Under the pieces are notes generated by a model, which saw only the letters and a program-made list of their open reading frames with translations, had not been told where the DNA came from and did no database searches. From contig OZ244999.1 of assembly GCA_965223265.1 (NCBI GenBank), forward strand, positions 4,091,822-4,155,821: DNA of 64,000 bases. The letters are read 5' to 3'. The stretch's first letter is position 1; each line of letters begins with the position of its first letter. This document shows, one piece after another, positions 57,058 to 64,000 of the stretch. The translations under genes and the position numbers were made by a program. The stretch is from Planctomycetota bacterium. Lineage in GTDB: Bacteria; Planctomycetota; UBA8108; SXIK01.

Positions 57058-58242
57058 ATGAAACGACGCTCGTTCCTCAAACAAACGCTTGCTGCGACCG
57101 CAACCGCCGCGATCGCGAGCCCGCTACGTGCGGCAGCGGGCAAGAAGAAACTCAGCGTGGGCATCATCGGCTGTGGTCGCATGGGCCAATACTACGCCGA
57201 GGTCTATCGCAGCATGCCGAACACCGAACTCGTCGCGATCGCTGAGTGGAACGACGAGCGCCGCGGTGTCGTGGGCGAGCGCTTCGGCGTCAAAGCGCTC
57301 TACAAACATGCCAGCGCGATGCTGAGCGAGGTCGTACCAGACATCTGCGCGGTCATCACACCGACGAAGTTCATGAAAGACGCGGTGATCGCGTGTGCCA
57401 AGGCCGGCGTCAAGGGCGTGTCGACGGACAAACCGATCGCAGCTCGTCTCTCCGACGCCGACGCCATGGTCGAGGCGTGCGCCAAGCGAAACGTCATTTT
57501 CGCAGGCGGCAACCTTCAGTGCGCGAAGTGGGCCGTCCAGCATGCGGCGAAACGACTGCGATCTGGCGAGCTCGGAAGAATCCGCGGCGCCGCGGTGCAC
57601 CGTTTTAGCGGCGAGATCTCCGGCGGTGGCTGCCAGCACTGCTGCGTGCTGCGTCTTCTCACCGGCGCGGAGGTTGCGGAGGTGACGGCTTGGGGTGCTC
57701 CAGCCGAAGCGCTCGCGAGCGACGTCGACTCAGGTCTGTCGATCGATGGTCGATTCCGCATGACTTCAGGTCTCGAGGTGAACGTGTTCTCCGCTGAGAC
57801 GCCGTACCGCGGCGTCGACGTCTGGACGGACGACGCGCTCGTGCGCTGGGATTGGGCCGACCCACAGTTCTTCAGAGGCGCCGACAGCAGCGGTGCGCGG
57901 CAAGAGGTCGATTCCGGTTGTCCGCCATACCCATGGTCGAAGATTCTGAACGAAACGCCCGGGCTGCGCCCGAGTGATGACTATCTCGTCAGCTCGATCA
58001 GCACGTTTGTCGACGCGGTCGCAAGCGGCCGCGAACTATTCGTTTCGGGTCACGACCTTCGACAGGCGCTGGAGATCGCGATCGCAAGCAAGCTGTCGGC
58101 ACAGCTGGGCAACCAGACGGTCCGGCTGCCACTGAAGGACCGCTCGCTGATACTCTATCCTTCCAAGTACCGGTGGCTCGGCGGTGACGCGTCCGGCCGT
58201 CCGCAATCGGCGAAAGATGCGTCTGGAGAAGAGAAGTCGTAG
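57058..58242 (+). CDS. Tat-exported Gfo/Idh/MocA family oxidoreductase
   Basis: Twin-arginine signal MKRRSFLKQTLAATATAAIASPLRAAA. Rossmann GIIGCGRMG and Gfo/Idh/MocA core. Confidence 0.85.
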   Translation: MKRRSFLKQTLAATATAAIASPLRAAAGKKKLSVGIIGCGRMGQYYAEVYRSMPNTELVAIAEWNDERRGVVGERFGVKALYKHASAMLSEVVPDICAVITPTKFMKDAVIACAKAGVKGVSTDKPIAARLSDADAMVEACAKRNVIFAGGNLQCAKWAVQHAAKRLRSGELGRIRGAAVHRFSGEISGGGCQHCCVLRLLTGAEVAEVTAWGAPAEALASDVDSGLSIDGRFRMTSGLEVNVFSAETPYRGVDVWTDDALVRWDWADPQFFRGADSSGARQEVDSGCPPYPWSKILNETPGLRPSDDYLVSSISTFVDAVASGRELFVSGHDLRQALEIAIASKLSAQLGNQTVRLPLKDRSLILYPSKYRWLGGDASGRPQSAKDASGEEKS

Positions 58243-58318
58243 CCGACACGCGACTCGATAGGACGTTGCTCCACGTCAGTCACCTTCCACACACTAGCAC
58301 CTTAGGGGAGAAACGAGC

Positions 58319-59200
58319 ATGGCTCTGATCTGTGCCCTCAAACAACAGGGTTTGCTCGCCACCGCGGTGGCGATTTGTTGCGTCAGCGCAGCGCCGGTCT
58401 CAGCACGTGATTTCCCACATCGCGCCGAGGTCATCAAAATCGAGGATCTCAACCACAACATCCGTCGAGTGACGCTGAAACCGCAGTCACCTGAATTCAA
58501 GTTTGCGGCCGGACAATACATCTACCTGCGCGCCCCAGATGCCTACATCGATGCCTTCAACGAGAAGCACAAGACAGATCATGGTGAGATCTCTCGGCCC
58601 TATTCCTTCGCCTCGAGTCCTGAAAATCGCGACACCTTCGCACTCATCATCAAGCACTACGGCCCCCCACGCGGTAAGGAAGCCCCTCCCGGTGTGGTCT
58701 CGACCTATGTCCACAAGCACCTAAAAATCGGCGACAAAGTCGAGCTGAGCACGCCGCGCGGCCGCCTCTACACGCCGGACGACTCAGACCGCCCGATCGT
58801 CCTCCTCGCCGGCGGAGTAGGGATCTCGCCATTCGTCGGACTCTTGACCTATTTCTTCGAGAACAAGGTCAATGAGGATCGGGAGATCTATCTCTTCTGC
58901 GGCGTCCGTAGCCGGCAAGATCTCGTCCTCGATGCGCACTTCAAAGAGTGGGCGAAGACGAAAAAGAACTTTCACTACATCCCAGCCCTCTCACATCCAG
59001 CTGAAGGCGACGCATGGAAGGGTAAGACAGGATATATCAATCTCGTCTTCGATGCGCACTTCCCACAAAAGTATGACGCCGACGCCTACATCGCGGGCTC
59101 GCCGATCATGGTGCGCGAGACGATCAAGGTGCTGAAGAAAAAAGGCATCCCAACGGAGCAGATTCACCGCGATCGCATCAAGGTCGGCGAAGACGACTGA
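58319..59200 (+). CDS. Ferredoxin-NADP-reductase-like FAD/NAD(P)-binding oxidoreductase with an N-terminal signal-peptide-like segment
   Basis: RPYS (R-x-Y-S FAD motif), GGVGISP (G-G-x-G-x-x-P NAD(P) motif), C-terminal FNR fold. N-terminus MALICALKQQGLLATAVAICCVSAAPVSA is signal-like. Local GC looks lower than neighbours by eye. Confidence 0.75.
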   Translation: MALICALKQQGLLATAVAICCVSAAPVSARDFPHRAEVIKIEDLNHNIRRVTLKPQSPEFKFAAGQYIYLRAPDAYIDAFNEKHKTDHGEISRPYSFASSPENRDTFALIIKHYGPPRGKEAPPGVVSTYVHKHLKIGDKVELSTPRGRLYTPDDSDRPIVLLAGGVGISPFVGLLTYFFENKVNEDREIYLFCGVRSRQDLVLDAHFKEWAKTKKNFHYIPALSHPAEGDAWKGKTGYINLVFDAHFPQKYDADAYIAGSPIMVRETIKVLKKKGIPTEQIHRDRIKVGEDD

Positions 59201-59296
59201 CCGAGACGTCGTCGTTGAGTTGACGTTTGATGCTTGGCTGCTTCAGTGCAGGTGCGGCTTGAACGAGACGGACCTCTGAGAAGGAGACGCTGATCG

Positions 59297-60991
59297 ATGA
59301 TTCGACGTGAGTTTCTCAAGGGTGCGCTCGCGGGCGCGCTCGTCGGTTCGCCTGTGGCAGCAGACGCGGCTGCGGGCGCAGACGCACGCCAAGAAGCACA
59401 GGCACGACCGCGCAAGCCGCGCATCATGTTCTACCATGACGGTCGGCACCCGCTCATCTACATGTACGAGCCACCGATGCAGAAGGTCGAATTCGAAGCC
59501 GGCGTCGACGAACTAGTCGGCACGCCGGTCGAGGCGATCACCTTTGCGCTGGGCGATGGACGTACGGTCCTGCACGACACCAAGGTCGGGGAGCTGTGGG
59601 GACACAACGTCAAGCGCTGGCCGCACCTCATCTTTCGGCGCGCCCACCAAAATGCCGTCGACCTGATCGAGTCCGGCAACGACCCGCTGCGCATCATCTG
59701 CGACCGCGCGCACGCCAAAGGAATTCTTTTCTATCCGACGCTGCTCGTGCAGCAGGGCACCCGCAAGCGCGGCGAGGACGTGCGCGCGTCAGACTTTTGC
59801 CTCAACAACCCACAGCTCCGCATCGGCGCTCAAGGTGGAGTCGACCCCGATCACCGCTCAGCGACGTGCCTCGACTTCAAGCACAAGGAAGTGCGCGACG
59901 AGCGCTTTGCTTTGATCGAAGAGACGCTGCAGCGCTACCCGGTCGACGGCTTCGAGTTGCAGATGGACTACGTGCCACACTATTTCCATCCGCGCGAGAT
60001 CGACGCCGGCCGCGACATCATGACCAGCTGGATCGAGCGCGTGTACCGCGCCGTGAAGGCTAGCGGCGCCGAGCGAGAGCTCGTGATCCGCGTTCCTTCG
60101 AGCATCGAAGGTTGTTACTCGGTCGGCATGGATGTGCGGGAATGGATCCGCCGCGGTATTGCGGACGTCCTCGTCGGCCAGAACTTCTCGGGCCCGGAGC
60201 TCGTCGACCACAACGCGGACTTCCGCCCACTCGTGGCGGCAGCGAAAGGTACGAGCTGCCGAATCCACGCCGCAGTTCACAGCCATGTCGACTCCGACCG
60301 CCTGGCAGAAGCGACGATCGAAATGGTGCGCGGCGCTGCCTGCAACTACTGGGATCAAGGCGTCGACGGCCTCTACTTGGCGCATTGGTTCGGCAACTGG
60401 CCCTACGATGCATCTTTTTACGAGAAACTGCGCGAGTTACCCGATCCAGAGGTGATGGCGCCGAAGGACAAGTTTTACTACATTCCGACATCGACCGGGC
60501 GCTACCCGCGCCCGAGCGTCGAGCCGGGAATGAGCTTACAACTGCCGGCTGATTTGACCGTTGGCAAGCCCACAGAGGTTGAGCTCGCCGTCAGCGATGA
60601 TCTACCACGCTGGGCGCGCGACGGACGCGTTCACGAGGTACTCCTGCGCCTTCGAATCAACAACACGACCGAGCTTGACGAGCTGCGGTTTCGCTTCAAC
60701 GGCAAGCGACTGCCAGACTCAATGCTCCGCAAGATCAATGAGATGTACCGCATGAGCGCGCCGCGCTATCGTACTGGCTCAGCGTATTGGTTCATTTTCC
60801 GGCTCGACGAAAAAAATTGGCCACGCCGTGGGAGCAACACGATCGAAGTGACGCTGGCGAAGCGGGATCCCGCCGCTATGCCGCAAGTTTTTATCCGTGA
60901 TGTCGAACTCGAGACCAAGTATCTCATGGGAAAGAACTTTCATCGCGGCCAGGACGTCGATCTAGGGGCGTACAAAGGCAGCGGCATTTAA
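59297..60991 (+). CDS. Tat-signal hypothetical protein (564 aa), possibly a TIM-barrel glycoside-hydrolase-like fold
   Basis: MIRREFLKGALAGALVGSPVAADAAAGA twin-arginine signal. Long coherent ORF. Family not recognised. Confidence 0.6.
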   Translation: MIRREFLKGALAGALVGSPVAADAAAGADARQEAQARPRKPRIMFYHDGRHPLIYMYEPPMQKVEFEAGVDELVGTPVEAITFALGDGRTVLHDTKVGELWGHNVKRWPHLIFRRAHQNAVDLIESGNDPLRIICDRAHAKGILFYPTLLVQQGTRKRGEDVRASDFCLNNPQLRIGAQGGVDPDHRSATCLDFKHKEVRDERFALIEETLQRYPVDGFELQMDYVPHYFHPREIDAGRDIMTSWIERVYRAVKASGAERELVIRVPSSIEGCYSVGMDVREWIRRGIADVLVGQNFSGPELVDHNADFRPLVAAAKGTSCRIHAAVHSHVDSDRLAEATIEMVRGAACNYWDQGVDGLYLAHWFGNWPYDASFYEKLRELPDPEVMAPKDKFYYIPTSTGRYPRPSVEPGMSLQLPADLTVGKPTEVELAVSDDLPRWARDGRVHEVLLRLRINNTTELDELRFRFNGKRLPDSMLRKINEMYRMSAPRYRTGSAYWFIFRLDEKNWPRRGSNTIEVTLAKRDPAAMPQVFIRDVELETKYLMGKNFHRGQDVDLGAYKGSGI

Positions 60992-61074
60992 CGTTAACGG
61001 ACTCCCCGCTGGCGATGACTTTCAACACCGCGCGATCTCGCGGGTTTTCTTTCAGTTTTTGAGGATTTCTTTTC

Positions 61075-62991
61075 ATGTTGGCGAAATCATCGTTCGTCTC
61101 TGTCATGGTCGCGGTCGTTGCAACTTTCACGGTCATCTCCTGTGGGCATCTCAGGAGTAGCCGCGTGGTCGACTCTGATGCGTCATGGTTCCAAAAGAAC
61201 GCCGCCGTCGTCGAGTCGTTCGACCTCAAGACCCGCGACCGCCGGCTCCCTGCGCTCGACGTCCCAGAGGGCATTCAGGCCGGCAACGTGTACGAGCTTG
61301 GCGAGTTGCCCCAGGTTGAGCTCGCGCCCGGTGTCTCGGCAACCATCTCTTGGGGACGCGGCGCTCTACTCGAGCTCGTCGAAGTCGAGCCGCAGGCGAT
61401 TTACCCGACGCAAGTGTTGAACGAAGAGCTCATCACCTACGTCGAGGCGGGCTCTGGTTCGTGCGAGACCGCCAGTGAGAAGCTCGACCTCGAGGCAGGT
61501 TCGCTCCTCTATCTGACGCCGGGCATGCAGCGCACGCTACGCGCAGGTGCGAACGGGCTGAAGCTCATCGAAGTCTTCTCTCCAGTTCGGCCAAATCACA
61601 TCAGGCTCACCGGCATCGACGTACCGCAAGACGCAAAGCTCGACTTTCCCGACCAAGGCGTGACACCCTCCATCGAAGCTGGTCGCCTCTACAATCTGAA
61701 CAACATCCAGCTGACTGGTTTGACGCCGCCGCTTGAGGGGAATTCCTACAAGCGGAGTACAGCGCAGGCGCGTCTCGTCTGGGGACGCAATGCCATGCTG
61801 AGCTTTATCCGTATGGATCCTGGCTCCTCGTTCCCGTGGCATATCCATCCGGAAGATCAGCACATGATCGCGCTCCGCGGTGCCCTCGAAGAAGGCATCA
61901 TGGGCGACTACCTCACCATGAACGGCGACAAACGCCACGTCGTTTTTCAGCCAGGCGGCATGGCGCACTCAGCGAATCTGAGCGAATTCGGCGCTGACGC
62001 TCTGGACGTCTTCTGGCCGGTCCGCCCAGACTACATGGAAAAAGCTGCCGCGCAGCAGGAACGCCTCGATGAAGTCATCGAGCCGGGCACCATCGCCACC
62101 AAACTGACGGAAGGCTTCATCTTCGCCGAAGGCGGCGTATGGATCGACGACGCGTTCTTCTTCACCGACATGTACTTCGAGGCCGACTGGACCGGAGACC
62201 CCGAGCGCAGCGCGCTGATCAAAATGGACGTCGACGGAACCTGGTCGCGGTTCGTCAAGGGCATGCAGATGAACGGCACCATTCGCTCCAAGACCGGCAA
62301 CCTCATCGTCTGCGACATGTTCGGCCACCGCGTCGTCGAGATCGATTCGAAGAGCGGAGAGGTCGTCAGGACACTGCTCTCGGAGGTCAACGGCAAGCCC
62401 ATCGATGGCCCGAACGATCTCGTCATGGACTCTGCAGGCGGAATCTACGTCAGCGATCCACAGTTCACCCCTGAGGCGAAGAAGAGTCAGCCGGGAAAAC
62501 AGGTTTACTACATACCGCCAGAGGGCGCCCCCCGCGTAGTGATTCCTGCCGGCGAGCTCGCGTTCCCCAACGGGGTCGCGATCTCGCCGGATGGAAACAC
62601 GTTCTATGTCAACAACACCTGGTACGCTCCGGGCGAGAACTACGTCTGGGCGTACGACATCGAAGCCGATGGCTCGCTCTCGGGGAAACGCCAGTTCGCC
62701 AAGCTCAACCTCACGGGCGACGTCCTCAGCCATCCGGATCCGGCGCAGCGTGTTGACGCGCGCGCCGACGGCATGGCCATCGACACGGACGGTAGACTCT
62801 ACGTGACGACGCTCTCCGGCGTGCAAATCTTCGATCAAGACGGCAACTACGTCGGCACGATATGGTGCCCGCAGAATCCGGCGAACTGCGCTTTCGGCGG
62901 GCCAAACAACGACATTCTCTTCATGGTCGGAGGTTCGTCTGCGTGGGCGGTCCAAACAAAGGTGAAGGGGTTCGCGCATCCGAGGTCATAG
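61075..62991 (+). CDS. Lipoprotein fusing two cupin domains to an SMP-30/gluconolactonase/LRE-like beta-propeller
   Basis: Lipobox-like VISCG. Two cupin-like segments (..SATISWGRGALLELVEVEP..; ..SFPWHIHPEDQHMIALRG..). C-terminal SGL-type repeats (NDLVMDSAGGIYVSD, PNGVAISPDGNTFYV, DGMAIDTDGRLYV). Confidence 0.75.
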   Translation: MLAKSSFVSVMVAVVATFTVISCGHLRSSRVVDSDASWFQKNAAVVESFDLKTRDRRLPALDVPEGIQAGNVYELGELPQVELAPGVSATISWGRGALLELVEVEPQAIYPTQVLNEELITYVEAGSGSCETASEKLDLEAGSLLYLTPGMQRTLRAGANGLKLIEVFSPVRPNHIRLTGIDVPQDAKLDFPDQGVTPSIEAGRLYNLNNIQLTGLTPPLEGNSYKRSTAQARLVWGRNAMLSFIRMDPGSSFPWHIHPEDQHMIALRGALEEGIMGDYLTMNGDKRHVVFQPGGMAHSANLSEFGADALDVFWPVRPDYMEKAAAQQERLDEVIEPGTIATKLTEGFIFAEGGVWIDDAFFFTDMYFEADWTGDPERSALIKMDVDGTWSRFVKGMQMNGTIRSKTGNLIVCDMFGHRVVEIDSKSGEVVRTLLSEVNGKPIDGPNDLVMDSAGGIYVSDPQFTPEAKKSQPGKQVYYIPPEGAPRVVIPAGELAFPNGVAISPDGNTFYVNNTWYAPGENYVWAYDIEADGSLSGKRQFAKLNLTGDVLSHPDPAQRVDARADGMAIDTDGRLYVTTLSGVQIFDQDGNYVGTIWCPQNPANCAFGGPNNDILFMVGGSSAWAVQTKVKGFAHPRS

Positions 62992-62994
62992 ATC

Positions 62995-64000
62995 ATGCCG
63001 ATCCGCGGACGTTTGGGGCGCCGGGGAGGTGGCATCAAGAGTGGCATCGAGAAGAGACGTAGCATCAAGAAATGCTTGATCGTCCGGTGTATCGCGTTAC
63101 GCGTCTTGGTCAGCTGCACCTTGGCGATGCTCCTCTATTCTCCGTCGCGTCAACAGCTCCAAGCCGATGAGTGGCAGTGGCATGCCAAGAGTGTTCTCGA
63201 ATCGCAGCGCCCCCAGTTTCAGCAAACGTCGAACGCTCAACGACCGTCGTCTCTTGAGTCCCTGATCATCACAACAAGTGAGGACGGTCAGGCGGGCTGG
63301 TGGGAAGCCACCATTCCGATTGACGGCGGCGCCTACTACCGCTTTCAAGCACGCCTTCGTACGCAGAACATTCAGTTCCAACGGCGGACAGCGTATCCGC
63401 GCCTCCTGTGGCTTTCAGATACCGGAAAGCCGGTCCTTCTCGACCGTGCTGCTATCGGGCCCTACCACCCGCCCGGAGAACCTGCCCTCGCCACGCCGGA
63501 TCTACCGCGCGAGGCACGCGGCGACGCTGACGGCTCCGTATGGTTTGACGGTGTTTACCGGGTGCCCACGGCTGCACGACGTGCGCGGGTCCAGCTCCAT
63601 CTGCAATGGGCGAAAGACGCGCGCGCGGAGTGGTCCGACGTTCGTCTCGAGAAAACCGCTGCACCTAGGCCGCGCAAGGTTCGCCTCGCAGCGATTCACC
63701 AGCGCCCCACCGGAAAGTCACCGCAAGAGAACTGTCGAGAGTTTGCGCCTCTGATCGCGCAGGCTGCGAAGGAACGCGCGGACTTGATCGTTCTCCCCGA
63801 GACGTTGACTTTTTTCGGTGTGGGCAAGAGCTACGCGGAGTGCGCCGAGCCGATTCCGGGACCTTCCACGGATTACTTCGGTGGCCTCGCGACGAACCAT
63901 GGCGTCCATCTCGTCGCCGGCCTGCTCGAACGCGAGGGCACGAAGGTATACAACGTTGCCGTTCTGATTGGCCCGAGCGGGAAGGTCGTCGGCAAGTACC
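62995..64000 (+). CDS. Carbon-nitrogen hydrolase (nitrilase superfamily) protein with ~220-aa N-terminal extension and signal-like N-terminus. 3' end beyond the window.
   Basis: Manual translation of frame 1 from the ATG at 62995 (right after the TAG at 62989-62991) runs open to the window end. It ends ...KVRLAAIHQRPTGKSPQENCREFAPLIAQAAKERADLIVLPETLTFFG...HGVHLVAGLLEREGTKVYNVAVLIGPSGKVVGKY (CN-hydrolase motif with catalytic Glu in LPE). Not in the ORF track because no stop lies within the window. The Met at 63127 is an alternative start. Confidence 0.6.
   Translation, partial: MPIRGRLGRRGGGIKSGIEKRRSIKKCLIVRCIALRVLVSCTLAMLLYSPSRQQLQADEWQWHAKSVLESQRPQFQQTSNAQRPSSLESLIITTSEDGQAGWWEATIPIDGGAYYRFQARLRTQNIQFQRRTAYPRLLWLSDTGKPVLLDRAAIGPYHPPGEPALATPDLPREARGDADGSVWFDGVYRVPTAARRARVQLHLQWAKDARAEWSDVRLEKTAAPRPRKVRLAAIHQRPTGKSPQENCREFAPLIAQAAKERADLIVLPETLTFFGVGKSYAECAEPIPGPSTDYFGGLATNHGVHLVAGLLEREGTKVYNVAVLIGPSGKVVGKY

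Noticed and set aside
56487-57182. 231-aa minus-strand ORF overlapping the TPR gene start and the Gfo/Idh/MocA leader
   Set aside because: Arg/Ser/Ala-rich, no motifs. Overlaps two better-supported genes and their divergent promoter region.
63278-63754. 158-aa plus-strand ORF near the window end
   Set aside because: Out of frame with the long open reading frame that yields a clear nitrilase-superfamily sequence. Likely a shadow ORF within the CN-hydrolase gene.

Overview
High-GC bacterial chromosomal segment. Gene content (dockerin-like Ca-binding modules, FG-GAP and SBBP beta-propellers, sulfatase, DUF1080, many Tat and lipoprotein signals) suggests a Planctomycetota/PVC-like organism. This is an inference from domain content only.

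The first 9.6 kb is a conserved housekeeping block on the minus strand. It holds an Rrf2 regulator, then sufB-sufC-sufD-sufS-sufU and a DUF59 protein. A 1-Cys peroxiredoxin, an M20 peptidase and the 3' end of a dockerin-bearing gene sit alongside.

The rest of the window looks accessory. Its most striking feature is a pair of divergent paralogous giant genes of about 1,815 aa, in opposite orientation. One lies at 16356..21797 (+) and the other at 47740..53160 (-). Each encodes a signal peptide, a short Ca-binding Cys-rich motif, FG-GAP repeats, a central module, an unknown beta-rich domain and a C-terminal dockerin-like domain. In the central module a PEP-utilizing phospho-His swivel domain precedes a PPDK_N ATP-grasp domain. 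That order is the reverse of PEP synthase, PPDK and rifampin phosphotransferase.

The two giant genes bracket a block of about 26 kb rich in secreted and dockerin-tagged proteins. It contains a patatin phospholipase, a sulfatase, a lipoprotein and a CxxCH protein. It also contains an apparent operon of an OPA-family MFS transporter, a cytidylyltransferase and a MetE-like methyltransferase, followed by a dockerin-tagged metallophosphoesterase. Also in the block are two tandem SBBP+dockerin paralogs, an outer-membrane beta-barrel, a DUF3365-like heme sensor, a frameshifted GH43-like gene and an HD phosphohydrolase.

Downstream of the second giant gene are:
- a PhyH dioxygenase;
- a secreted protein with an N-terminal dockerin;
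- a TPR protein;
- a cluster of exported redox and hydrolytic proteins: a Tat-signal Gfo/Idh/MocA oxidoreductase, a signal-peptide FNR-like reductase, a Tat-signal hypothetical protein, a bicupin-lactonase fusion lipoprotein, and a CN-hydrolase that runs off the window end.

Non-coding features:
- a (TTTGCG)11 microsatellite flanked by other simple repeats upstream of the patatin gene;
- a perfect 31-bp inverted repeat between the SBBP paralogs, with a related copy at about 26.3 kb;
- three tandem 11-bp direct repeats, paired palindromic hexamers and a 10-bp inverted repeat upstream of the first giant gene;
- three rho-independent terminator-like hairpins.

No rRNA, tRNA, CRISPR array, transposase or integrase was recognised by eye.
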